Virus record (IMG/VR): IMGVR_UViG_3300014204_000008
Location: 1 to 34,836 of that record
DNA from: a virus
Lineage: Duplodnaviria; Heunggongvirae; Uroviricota; Caudoviricetes
Length of the DNA: 34,836 nt
Direction: 5' to 3' (one strand)
Position 1 is the first letter of the stretch. The number at the start of each line of letters is the position of its first letter. Below are positions 1 through 9,032 of the stretch, in pieces. The translations under genes were made by a program, and so were the position numbers. Below the pieces are notes generated by a model, which had not been told where the DNA came from, made no database searches, and saw only the letters and a list, made by a program, of their open reading frames with translations.

Positions 1-92
1 CCACCTCCAATACATTCAACGCTAACCTCAGTCACCCACATTGGACAGACCCATGTATTGCTTCCAGGAGTTGTAAATATTTCGTATGCCAT
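1..92 (-). CDS. Partial CDS (runs off left end), glycine-rich-domain virion/adhesin protein
   Basis: Not in ORF track. ATG at 92-90 reads MAYEIFTTPGSNTWVCPMWVTEVSVECIGG..., similar to the TSSGSFTWTCPAGVTSVDVECWGGGG segment of the 3299..5992 protein; starts just after the stop at 94. Confidence 0.75.
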   Translation of the reverse strand, partial: MAYEIFTTPGSNTWVCPMWVTEVSVECIGG

Positions 93-93
93 A

Positions 94-3000
94 TTAATTC
101 GTTCCCTTGTACTTAATCCTGAATCCTGTAGCCAATTTCTTCATTTTAATTGTACTGATGGCTTGAATTGGAAATGATGGTGAAGGAGATGATGAAGAAG
201 AAGATGATGGTGAGTATGAAGGTGAATTAGATGATGAAGGTGATTGTGATGGAGAATTTGACGAAGATGGTGATAGTGATGAGCTTGGAGAAAGAGATGG
301 ACTGTTTGAAGAAGATGGAGATAGAGACGGCGAGTTCGATGAGCTTACTGATGAACTGTTCGAAGATGAGTTGGACGGCGAGTTACTAGAGCTTGGAGAT
401 AAGGAAGGACTGTTGGAAGGACTGTTTGATGGTGAGTTACTAGAACTTGGAGAAAGAGATGATGAATTCGAAGACGAGGTACTAGATGACTGGCTAGAAC
501 TTGGAGAAATGGATGGGGAATTAGATGAAGATGGCGATTGGCTAGAGCTTTCCGAACTTGATCTACTTGGCGATTCACTTGAACTTGGTGACTGTGATGG
601 TGATTCTGAAGGAGATACGCTTGGTGATTGGCTAGAGCTTGGTGATAAAGAAGGACTGTTTGAAGGGCTATTTGAAGGGCTATTTGATGGAGATACGGAA
701 GACGATGGAGACTGAGATGGTGAGTTCGACGGGCTATTCGATGGACTATTAGAAGAAGATGGAGATAGAGACGGACTGTTTGATGATGATATTGATGACG
801 ATTCACTAGAGCTTGGTGATAGTGATGACGATGCAGAAGATGATGTTGATGACGATTCACTAGAGCTTGGTGAATAGGAAGGACTATTGGAAGGACTATT
901 TGAAGGTGAATTTGAAGACGATGGAGACTGAGAAGGTGAATTAGAAGATGAGTTGGAAGGGCTATTCGAACTTGATGGACTTACAGACGGTGAATTCGAA
1001 GACGAAGCACTAGGAGAATTGCTAGAACTTGGAGATAAAGATGGAGAATTTGAAGATGAGTTACTTGACGATTGACTCGAACTTGGAGAATAGGAAGGTG
1101 AATTTGAAGAAGAAGCGCTCGGAGAATTGCTAGAACTTGGAGATAAGGAAGGACTATTCGACGGGCTGTTTGAAGGTGAATTTGAAGATGATGGAGATAA
1201 CGAAGGGCTATTTGAACTTGAAGGTGAAAGTGAAGGACTTTCTGAGTTTGATGGCTGGACGTTATAAAAGGTTGATGGAGAAGATTGGTTATTATATTCC
1301 GTCGTTATCCAAGCCTGACTGAACTGAGAAGGAACTTTATGAATACGTACCTCATCCATTTCTCCCCAGAAGTTCGCTCCCGTTGGTGCCGTTGCACCTA
1401 TTACAACGTCTGCTCCGAGAAGAACTGGATTTGCATTTGAAGCTGGTGTCGCGGTATTTGCTGTTGTTGCTCTTAAGACACCATTCACATACATCCGTGA
1501 ATCTGTTTTATTGTATACCCAATCAATTTTATAGAACGTTGTAGGGCTTCCTGGAGCATAGGTACCTCCAGCTCCACCATTTAAATATGATCTATATCCA
1601 CCGTTCTGGTTCAAAGCGAATGTACTTGCCTTACCAATAAAAGCATCATATCCAGATCTTCCATGGACGATATAATCAATATATAAATTCGTTGTGTCTG
1701 AGAAATAAACATACACATGAATATCATGACCATTTGGTTCCAAGACATACGGTGAATTCATTCTCTTATCAGCGGCTCCACTTGCAATCTTACTTAAGTT
1801 TCCAGATGACAAAGTTACTCCAGTCGTTTCATCCTTAATTAAGAATGTTCCTGCAACAACAGATGTATTGTCTTGGTAGCCATAAATCGTACAGAATACA
1901 CTTCCATAGTTCGTATTTGTTAAAACGTAATCAACGAGCGTGCCACCCGGTGTATCAATTCCCATTTGCCCTCTTCTATATGTCGTCCAATTGTCTCCAG
2001 TTGATGCACCAGCGATGCTTTCTGCCTGATAGTTCGTCGTTGTCCAGTTTGTTTTATAACTCTTAATCCATAATGAATACGCCAAGCCATTAGCAAAATC
2101 ATTGATGTTTCCTAGACTGATCTGATCGTCTACTCCATCAAATGCATATCCTTTTCCGAGAACAGCATCAACCAATGAAGCACCTGTAACCGTTCCATTG
2201 AAAAGATTCGGAGAACTGTCATTGGCATTTGTTTGAAAGTGACCGACGTATTTATAATCTGACCCCCAGACATTTCTTGATCCATAGGTATCCGCTGCTG
2301 CATAGTCGTTTGCATCAGGATCTCCAAAATAGACATAAACAACCGTATCAGTTGATGATGAAACGGATGGAAGAAGCGTGTAAACTTCACCTGTCTTAGT
2401 TGTGGTATTGCAAGAGACGACCTCACGAGCGCATTCTGTAGAGCCATCAGAAGTCGTTATTCTTATATCTCCTCCACCATTTTTAACATGATCCCAGAAT
2501 TCATTTCCGAGTAATGATAGATCTATGTAGAGAGGATAGTTCGTGAGATTTCCTGCAACCTTTGTATGATCAATTGTAAGAGTTACAAAGTTAGGAAACG
2601 GAATCATCGGACTCGTAGAAGGCGAGTTTGATGGAGAGTTTGATGGACTGTTACTAGGTGAATTTGATGAGGACGGCGATCGTGATGGTGAATTTGAAGA
2701 TGAAGGTGATCTACTAGGACTACTCGAAGGTGAGGAAGACGCAGATGAGGATGGTGATAATGATGATGAAGGAGACCCTGCCGTTCCATATACATAAAAA
2801 CAAACATCATACGGTTGCGCGACAAAGGAAGGTGTTGTCTCAGCACTGGCTACACACATGTTTCCAGCGTGAAGTCCTGTTCCGCTATTTGATCCAACAT
2901 AAATACAGTTGCTTGCATCTCCTCCATTATATACAAGAACTATCGCATATGCCGTTCCTGATGACATCGCATATTGCTGACTACCTGAAAATGAAAACTC

Positions 3001-3294
3001 TACTAACGATAGTGATGTACCGATTGTAGATGCATCAATTGCATCAGATATGGCTAATGCTGGAACTGTAGCAGCAGCAGTAGAACCTAATGTTCCATCA
3101 GTAGCGTATAATTTTACATATACATTACCTGTTGGAGATCCATTTCTTCTTATATAAAATTTTGCACTTGTAAGAAATGCATTTATAGATGCACTAAAAC
3201 ACTGTCCAATGAATAATCTGGTTGAACCAGCATTAGAATTCCAATAGTATCCTGATGTATAATTACTTTCTGAAAATGAATCTATAACAGCCAT
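94..3294 (-). CDS. Large virion/adhesin-like protein: N-terminal beta domain, short Ser/Pro linker, DUF2341-like and LamG/concanavalin-like domains, long Ser/Pro stalk, basic C-terminal tail
   Basis: 1066-aa ORF. TIDHTKVAGNLTNYPLYIDLS...GGDIRITTSDG resembles DUF2341; FDGVDDQI...SLWIK...MYVNG...WGEMDEVRI resembles LamG-like jelly rolls; roughly 360 aa of SPSxSPSSS repeats near the C-terminus. Confidence 0.8.
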   Translation of the reverse strand: MAVIDSFSESNYTSGYYWNSNAGSTRLFIGQCFSASINAFLTSAKFYIRRNGSPTGNVYVKLYATDGTLGSTAAATVPALAISDAIDASTIGTSLSLVEFSFSGSQQYAMSSGTAYAIVLVYNGGDASNCIYVGSNSGTGLHAGNMCVASAETTPSFVAQPYDVCFYVYGTAGSPSSSLSPSSSASSSPSSSPSRSPSSSNSPSRSPSSSNSPSNSPSNSPSNSPSTSPMIPFPNFVTLTIDHTKVAGNLTNYPLYIDLSLLGNEFWDHVKNGGGDIRITTSDGSTECAREVVSCNTTTKTGEVYTLLPSVSSSTDTVVYVYFGDPDANDYAAADTYGSRNVWGSDYKYVGHFQTNANDSSPNLFNGTVTGASLVDAVLGKGYAFDGVDDQISLGNINDFANGLAYSLWIKSYKTNWTTTNYQAESIAGASTGDNWTTYRRGQMGIDTPGGTLVDYVLTNTNYGSVFCTIYGYQDNTSVVAGTFLIKDETTGVTLSSGNLSKIASGAADKRMNSPYVLEPNGHDIHVYVYFSDTTNLYIDYIVHGRSGYDAFIGKASTFALNQNGGYRSYLNGGAGGTYAPGSPTTFYKIDWVYNKTDSRMYVNGVLRATTANTATPASNANPVLLGADVVIGATAPTGANFWGEMDEVRIHKVPSQFSQAWITTEYNNQSSPSTFYNVQPSNSESPSLSPSSSNSPSLSPSSSNSPSNSPSNSPSLSPSSSNSPSASSSNSPSYSPSSSQSSSNSSSNSPSLSPSSSNSPSASSSNSPSVSPSSSNSPSNSSSNSPSQSPSSSNSPSNSPSNSPSYSPSSSESSSTSSSASSSLSPSSSESSSISSSNSPSLSPSSSNSPSNSPSNSPSQSPSSSVSPSNSPSNSPSNSPSLSPSSSQSPSVSPSESPSQSPSSSESPSRSSSESSSQSPSSSNSPSISPSSSQSSSTSSSNSSSLSPSSSNSPSNSPSNSPSLSPSSSNSPSNSSSNSSSVSSSNSPSLSPSSSNSPSLSPSSSLSPSSSNSPSQSPSSSNSPSYSPSSSSSSSPSPSFPIQAISTIKMKKLATGFRIKYKGTN
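168..1257 (-). repeat. Imperfect coding tandem repeat encoding Ser/Pro tract (SPS[L/N/Q/Y]SPSSSN); boundaries approximate
   Basis: Repeated GAAGGA/GATGGA/CTAGAACTTGGAGA units on the + strand; synonymous codons vary between units. Confidence 0.9.
2608..2778 (-). repeat. Short Ser/Pro linker repeat; boundaries approximate
   Basis: GSPSSSLSPSSSASSSPSSSPSRSP...SPSTSP between the N-terminal domain and the DUF2341-like domain. Confidence 0.85.
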
Positions 3295-3298
3295 AGTA

Positions 3299-5992
3299 TT
3301 ATTCGCAACGATACCTTTTAATTCTCATCTTGCTCGCCGTTCGTTTCATGAGAAGATGGAAGATTGCTGGTTGTTGTGGAGATGGAGATGGAGAAGATGA
3401 AGTCGAACTTGATTGACTTTGTGAATTACTAGAACTTGGTGAAAGAGATGGTGAATTCGACGAAGAATTGGAAGAAGAAGAGCTTGGAGATTCACTAGAA
3501 GATGGTGATAATGAAGATGATGCACTAGGTGAATTACTTGAACTCGGACTGATCGAAGAAGATGCACTAGTAGATTGGCTGGAGCTTGGTGAGAGTGAAG
3601 AAGAAGGTGATGATGATGTAGACGAAGATGCTGATGGCGACCGCGAAGAAGACGGTGATAATGAAGGAGAATTTGACGGACTATTCGAAGGTGAATTACT
3701 GGAACTTGGAGAAAGAGATGATGAATTCGAAGACGAAGCACTAGGAGAATTACTAGAGCTTGGAGATAAGGAAGGACTATTTGAAGGACTGTTTGAACTT
3801 GAAGGTGAGAGAGAAGGTGATTCTGAAGCAGACCCAATATTATAACTAATGATGACACGACCTCTTAATCCAGATCCTCCACCTGTAGCGTCACATGTTG
3901 TTCCTCCTCCACCTCCAATAAGTGATCCGTTTGAACCAAAACCACTTACAGCACCATCTCCTCCATTTCCTCCTGATAGGCTTCCACCTGTTCCGCCTGT
4001 TGCTCCACTGGCATTTCCTCCATTTGCAGTAGTTCCAGCACCTCCACCACCTCCACCTGGTGCAGAAGCAGAAGTCATTTTTGCTCCATTTCCTCCAGAG
4101 TATTTTACATCACCAACACCAGCGGAAGCTTGTCCACCTGTCCCACTATTATTTCCAGCGTTACCTCCTTTTGCTAGTACGGTTGAAGTATTTATAAAAT
4201 ATGAATCGCCTCCAGCAAGAGGACCACCAGATCTTGAATAATCTCCTACTCCACCGACACCAACAACAACCGTATAGCCCGTTGAAGGAGTTACGGGAAC
4301 ATTATTTTTCTTTGAATAGGCTCCTCCACCTCCGCCATATTCGTTTTCTCCAGCATCATATCCTCTTGGTGCTCCTCCTCCACCTCCCCAACACTCAACA
4401 TCAACGCTTGTTACTCCTGCCGGGCAAGTCCATGTAAAAGATCCTGAGCTTGTATAAGAATCATGAATCGTTGGAGCTTCTGATGGAGAAACTGACGCAC
4501 TTGTAGATGGTGAACTAGATGACGATGGCGATATAGACGGACTGTTTGAAGGACTATTGCTAGGTGAATTACTAGAGCTTGGAGATAAGGAAGGAGAGTT
4601 TGAAGGGCTATTTGAAGGGCTATTTGATGGAGAGCTTGAACTACTTGGAGATAACGATGGACTGCTTGAAGGAGAATTTGACGGTGAGTTTGATGAAGAC
4701 CCAACGATACCCAAAGTAAGAGAAACGGCTATATATGCAGAGTTATCTACAGCATTATCAAGAACAACATTAATCGTCGCTGCTCCAGCCGATGCTTGTA
4801 CAGCATGATTAGATAGAAATGCTATTTCCGCAGCACCATCCGTTTCACTATTATCAAGTAGCCCATCAAGAAATGCACTCGTCCCTGCGGATATATCTAC
4901 CGTAGATGAAAGAGTAAAAAGGCTAACAACAGGATATGCGTTAGCTGTTGTCGTCGTAACTGTTGTCGCTTTTGGCGAACTGAATGAACCACCTTCACTA
5001 TTATACGCATCAATTGGAGTTGTCTGATCTACATTTTCGTACTGTGCTGCTATTAAATAGATCTTTGTTTGAGATGCTCCATATGTTGCAACGATATCAT
5101 ATGCAGATCCTTGTGATGGATTTACAAGACGATAGCAACACATTCGCATGTTCGCCTGTACGAGAACACTTGTAACAAGCGTCATTCCAACACTATTATA
5201 TGTAACACTTGAAGGCGTATCAGGACCACCACCACTCCTATACTGAGCAACCCAAACAAGCAAAGCAGCATTTGTTACGGAATCACAGTTTAAAGAAACT
5301 GTAGCCGTTGCGCTTGATGCTTGGTACTTCTTAACTTGCTTAACAAGAGCTGGATATGCTGATGTTCCTGATAAGGCTGGTTTGATTGTAACGGCAATAG
5401 CTCCTAAATTTGCATTGCTTCCAGTAGCCGAACAGGTCATCGTATTAGCTCCAGCTGGTGAAATAACCGCACCAGTATCAACGATGGAATGTCCACCAGC
5501 ATCTGTTGTATATCGAACCGTATCTCCAGTCGATGATGTGTACGTTCTTGATCCTTGGTCGTCCTTTAGGAATGTAACCATCCAACAGTTATCTACACTT
5601 GATGTAATATCAGTAGAGATACCCGTACCGGCTGAAACCGTTGACGTATCACTTCCATCAAACTGACTATTTTGTAATGCTCCAGTATAATAAAATCCAC
5701 TTGCACGAATGTTTGTGCTACCAGATGTCGTAACAACAACATTGTTTGCCCCTGTAGACGGTGCAAGCAGATACCAAAGTGTTAATGCTCTATCGCTAGG
5801 TACCTGAACACCAGTAACTTTCGTCATTGGAGTCCCAGCGTATGTCACTCCAGTAATGAGAGATGTCGCACCAGCTTGATCATGACAAGCGACGAGCAAA
5901 AGACGTTCTGATCCTGCCGTTGTAACTGAAAAAGTCAACGATGTGCCAGTCGCTGATTGTCCGTATGTCCCTCCACCATATGCAAGTGCCAT
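3299..5992 (-). CDS. Large virion/adhesin-like protein: two tandem beta-rich domains, Ser/Pro linker, glycine-rich domain, Ser/Pro stalk, basic C-terminal tail
   Basis: ORF track gives 3299..6019 with a GTG start; ATG at 5992 (MALAYGG) after an AT-rich leader fits the other starts better. Contains TCPAGVTSVDVECWGGGGG...GGGGGAYSK glycine-rich domain and two SP tracts. Confidence 0.8.
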   Translation of the reverse strand: MALAYGGGTYGQSATGTSLTFSVTTAGSERLLLVACHDQAGATSLITGVTYAGTPMTKVTGVQVPSDRALTLWYLLAPSTGANNVVVTTSGSTNIRASGFYYTGALQNSQFDGSDTSTVSAGTGISTDITSSVDNCWMVTFLKDDQGSRTYTSSTGDTVRYTTDAGGHSIVDTGAVISPAGANTMTCSATGSNANLGAIAVTIKPALSGTSAYPALVKQVKKYQASSATATVSLNCDSVTNAALLVWVAQYRSGGGPDTPSSVTYNSVGMTLVTSVLVQANMRMCCYRLVNPSQGSAYDIVATYGASQTKIYLIAAQYENVDQTTPIDAYNSEGGSFSSPKATTVTTTTANAYPVVSLFTLSSTVDISAGTSAFLDGLLDNSETDGAAEIAFLSNHAVQASAGAATINVVLDNAVDNSAYIAVSLTLGIVGSSSNSPSNSPSSSPSLSPSSSSSPSNSPSNSPSNSPSLSPSSSNSPSNSPSNSPSISPSSSSSPSTSASVSPSEAPTIHDSYTSSGSFTWTCPAGVTSVDVECWGGGGGAPRGYDAGENEYGGGGGAYSKKNNVPVTPSTGYTVVVGVGGVGDYSRSGGPLAGGDSYFINTSTVLAKGGNAGNNSGTGGQASAGVGDVKYSGGNGAKMTSASAPGGGGGGAGTTANGGNASGATGGTGGSLSGGNGGDGAVSGFGSNGSLIGGGGGTTCDATGGGSGLRGRVIISYNIGSASESPSLSPSSSNSPSNSPSLSPSSSNSPSASSSNSSSLSPSSSNSPSNSPSNSPSLSPSSSRSPSASSSTSSSPSSSLSPSSSQSTSASSSISPSSSNSPSASSSLSPSSSESPSSSSSNSSSNSPSLSPSSSNSQSQSSSTSSSPSPSPQQPAIFHLLMKRTASKMRIKRYRCE
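3368..3828 (-). repeat. Ser/Pro coding repeat tract; boundaries approximate
   Basis: SESPSLSPSSSNSPSNSP... up to SPSPSP. Confidence 0.88.
4460..4700 (-). repeat. Ser/Pro coding linker repeat; boundaries approximate
   Basis: SSSNSPSNSPSSSPSLSPSSS...SASVSPSEAP. Confidence 0.85.
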
Positions 5993-6114
5993 ATTAGATT
6001 CGGACAACAAAAGAAACACTAATAAGTAAAAATACTAGTGTTCTTATGATCTTTTGTTTTATGTTAAGTAATAGGCACATTTTTACGTTTGTTTTTGTTT
6101 TTTTTCTACCTTCC

Positions 6115-6132
6115 TACCTATCTATTATACCA
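6115..6132 (-). promoter_or_regulatory. Extended -10 promoter-like motif TGGTATAATAGATAGGTA
   Basis: Exact TGnTATAAT; matches the motif at 16949..16966 at 17 of 18 positions; upstream of the 3299..5992 gene. Confidence 0.6.
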
Positions 6133-6135
6133 TTT

Positions 6136-6177
6136 TTATTTGATCTTTTCTTCTAGGTTTGTCCATCCAGGTATTTG
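6136..6177 (-). pseudogene. Displaced duplicate of the glycosyltransferase C-terminus (QIPGWTNLEEKIK*)
   Basis: Directly after the HNH stop; aligns with the end of 6651..8411 (KIEGWTDLREKIK*). Confidence 0.75.
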
Positions 6178-6178
6178 A

Positions 6179-6646
6179 TTATTTAATAATTTCTCCTAAG
6201 AATTCTCCAAATAATTCTCTAGCAACCGCTATGTATACTGAAGAAGCTTCTTCAGGTGTATCGTATAGACCTAAGTGCATTTCCTTATCATGATAGTGAA
6301 TCCTGGCTCTCCATTTATTCCTAAGTGAATGCCAAGATACGCCTCTAAATCCACTTTTATTATCATGTTCCATTGATTTATTCCATTGATTTTGAGACGG
6401 TGTCACATATCTAAGATTACAACGTCTATTATCAAACCTATTTCTATTGATATGATCTATCTCAAAACCTTCTTTTTTTGGTAGAATAAAATGATGGAGT
6501 TTCTTTGAATGATTCTTTCCATTTATTCTTTCAGTATGCGTCCTTGGATATTCATTTCCTTTTTGACCAGAAGTGCTCCATGTATATTCATCTAATAAAT
6601 CCATGTATTCTGGATCTAAGATTATTTTTTCATGTACACTTTTCAT
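6179..6646 (-). CDS. HNH homing endonuclease with C-terminal AP2-like DNA-binding domain
   Basis: EIDHINRNRFDNRRCNLR (HNH core) followed by SGFRGVSWH...KWRARI...HLGLYDTPEEA (AP2-like). Confidence 0.9.
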   Translation of the reverse strand: MKSVHEKIILDPEYMDLLDEYTWSTSGQKGNEYPRTHTERINGKNHSKKLHHFILPKKEGFEIDHINRNRFDNRRCNLRYVTPSQNQWNKSMEHDNKSGFRGVSWHSLRNKWRARIHYHDKEMHLGLYDTPEEASSVYIAVARELFGEFLGEIIK

Positions 6647-6650
6647 AGAT

Positions 6651-8411
6651 TTATTTTATTTTTTCACGCAAATCAGTCCAACCTTCTATTTTGTCTACTG
6701 TCGTTTCTTTCCAATTTCTACAACTTCTTAGGCTTTTGAATTCTTCAGGTTTCCACTTTGAACGTGATAAGTTAGAAGAATGCCGTACATCTATATTTGG
6801 AATCTTAGCTTCCCATGTTGAAGATTTATCATCACTGAATCCTCCAAGCCTTAGGCTCCTCGTGCCACATTCGTAGCCACGGGTGAAATGCCTTCCATCA
6901 TCTTCTTCTTCCATTATGTTTACTCTATTTTCATATTCTGGAAGGAGCTTTGATAGATAGGCACACATCTGAGAAAGGCTCTTATGATCATATTTCACAC
7001 TGAATCCATCTTCTTGTCTTACTCTCCATAGATTCGAGTTGTAATAGAAGGCATTCGGATCAGGAGGTAAGAAGTCTGTGTAACCTTCTCCGTAAAGCAC
7101 ATCATGTTCTAAGAAATAGACGATCTCAACACCCATCTTTTCTAACTCTTGAAGCCCTCGAAGGATCTGTCTATGCATCGTGAGTTTACCTCTTTCCAAC
7201 GACATGACGATATTTGTACCAAAACCTTCTAATGGCTTGAGTGATACAGATACGAGTGGTCTATCTCCAATGACTTTTAGGATCTGATTTCGTACCGTAG
7301 TGGCAAGCGGGTCTGGAAGTTCGTTGTCTGTGTAGTAGAGACAGCCGATGAGATGGCTTGATTCAGAATAAGAGAAGCTATTCTTGTCCGTAGAGACCTC
7401 ACCAGAGGCAACAGGAGCCTCTAGGAGAGGTTTTTCTGGCGAAGTGGTATCTTTAGACCTTTGATAGAATTCTTCACCTTTTTGATGCGCCTCATTCATA
7501 TCTTCTTCACTCCAACCTCTTACAGGCGCGAACTTCTCTACAAGCCAAGAAAGTGGACGTATCTGCTTGTTCCATTTGTTATTGAAGAAGAAATCCTTTG
7601 CCATCTTCTTTGCATTCTCTACTTTTTGGAAGTCCTGCTGATAAGGGAACCCGAAATCTTGGCCTTGGGTTCTAAAGCAATGTCCATACCACGTCTTCTT
7701 GTTTATGATTACTCTTCCTCCTGATAACCACGCTTTACACGCTACTTCGATGCCTTGTGACCCCCATGATCCGAATGCTTCATCACAAATCTTATACTCC
7801 CAATACTTATCTCTTGTAATCATGAATGCAGAACCCTGAAGGCTCATTGATTCTACGTAGTCACCTATCTGTTTTTTCTTGTAATCATTGAAATATTGGA
7901 AGTGTGGAGTTGAATCGAAGCAATATGAGGTAGATGTTGGATTTGTCTTTGGAATCCATACAACCTCTTTATCTGTTTTTTCTCCACACTGTGTACATGA
8001 ACCACTTGGACCCTGGTACCTTCTATGTCCATTCTTACAAATCCAGTTGAAGACATGAAGATTACGCATTGCTGGAGCCATCACAACATCATCTCCAAGC
8101 TCTTTAAATGCTTCAAGCATCTTAATGTCAAAACCATCATCAAAGGCACAATGGGCATCAACTTTCATGAGGTACTTAGCACGAGAGAGGGCAGCCGCTT
8201 GATTCGTTGCAGCTCTTTGTCCTCTCGACTCCATGTTTGTAATGATAGTGATGCTTGGATCTGTTGGTATTTCAGGTATATCCGTTTCAAAGCCATCAAG
8301 TACGATGATGATTTCTGTGTTCCCTTGAATATGGCAAAGAAGATCCTCTACAGTTTTTCCAAGCCATTCTTCATTCTTCGCTGGAATAAGTATTGATAGG
8401 TCGTAATTCAT
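6651..8411 (-). CDS. Two-domain GT-A glycosyltransferase; N-terminal domain with polypeptide GalNAc-transferase-like motifs
   Basis: LSILIPAKNE; GQRAATNQAA; KVDAHC (DxH); WGSQGIEVACKAWLSGG...WYGHCFR. Second domain CLYYTDN...VYFLEHDVLY after a low-complexity linker. Confidence 0.85.
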   Translation of the reverse strand: MNYDLSILIPAKNEEWLGKTVEDLLCHIQGNTEIIIVLDGFETDIPEIPTDPSITIITNMESRGQRAATNQAAALSRAKYLMKVDAHCAFDDGFDIKMLEAFKELGDDVVMAPAMRNLHVFNWICKNGHRRYQGPSGSCTQCGEKTDKEVVWIPKTNPTSTSYCFDSTPHFQYFNDYKKKQIGDYVESMSLQGSAFMITRDKYWEYKICDEAFGSWGSQGIEVACKAWLSGGRVIINKKTWYGHCFRTQGQDFGFPYQQDFQKVENAKKMAKDFFFNNKWNKQIRPLSWLVEKFAPVRGWSEEDMNEAHQKGEEFYQRSKDTTSPEKPLLEAPVASGEVSTDKNSFSYSESSHLIGCLYYTDNELPDPLATTVRNQILKVIGDRPLVSVSLKPLEGFGTNIVMSLERGKLTMHRQILRGLQELEKMGVEIVYFLEHDVLYGEGYTDFLPPDPNAFYYNSNLWRVRQEDGFSVKYDHKSLSQMCAYLSKLLPEYENRVNIMEEEDDGRHFTRGYECGTRSLRLGGFSDDKSSTWEAKIPNIDVRHSSNLSRSKWKPEEFKSLRSCRNWKETTVDKIEGWTDLREKIK

Positions 8412-8420
8412 ATATTATTT

Positions 8421-9032
8421 TTATTGCTTGATATAAAACCATGTAGGGCATTTATCTTTCTTCCATACGAACCATGGATAGATATCATATGCCTCACAAT
8501 ATGCTGGTATCAATTCACGAACGCCATATCCAACGTGTCTCCTATCGAATAGATCGTGGCCTGAAACGATTCCGCCTTTCTTCACTTTAGGAACCCATGC
8601 TCTTAGATCATCGGCCAAAAATAGTAGATCATGATTCCCGTCGATAAAGATAGCATCAAGACTCTCATCTTCGAACTGTTTTGCAGCATCTACACTCCAT
8701 TCATTGATAATACTGAATCCATACTTCTCAGCACGATCATAGGCTTCTTTACGTGCGTCAATTTCCAAATCTGTCTTATGGAAGTCTTTGTAACCTCCAT
8801 ATGTAAGGAATTTATCAACGGCTGTTAGATCAAGAAATGGAATCAACTTCATCAATGTAGAAGCATACTGTCCTCTATACGTTCCGATCTCCACCATCGT
8901 CGTCACACCAATATCTTTAAGAAACTCTGGAAATGCATCATGACGAGAAGCTGGTATATTGATGCGTTCTCTCTTTGTGACATCGAGGCTGTACTTATCT
9001 CGTAGGTATTCAATTGGGTTTATGCCGTTCAT
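8421..9032 (-). CDS. Class I SAM-dependent methyltransferase (Methyltransf_24-like)
   Basis: MVEIGTYRGQYA motif I; DAIFIDGNH; VKKGGIVSGHD. Confidence 0.88.
   Translation of the reverse strand: MNGINPIEYLRDKYSLDVTKRERINIPASRHDAFPEFLKDIGVTTMVEIGTYRGQYASTLMKLIPFLDLTAVDKFLTYGGYKDFHKTDLEIDARKEAYDRAEKYGFSIINEWSVDAAKQFEDESLDAIFIDGNHDLLFLADDLRAWVPKVKKGGIVSGHDLFDRRHVGYGVRELIPAYCEAYDIYPWFVWKKDKCPTWFYIKQ

Noticed and set aside
168-4700. Repeats as a CRISPR array or DGR template/variable repeats
   Set aside because: The repeats are in-frame, imperfect and have no unique spacers; no cas or reverse transcriptase gene is present, and I saw no adenine-specific mismatch pattern.
345-4808. Acidic (E/D/G/L) plus-strand ORFs and His/Leu-rich alternate-frame ORFs
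   Set aside because: They are antisense or frameshifted shadows of the Ser/Pro codon repeats, fully overlapped by long genes.
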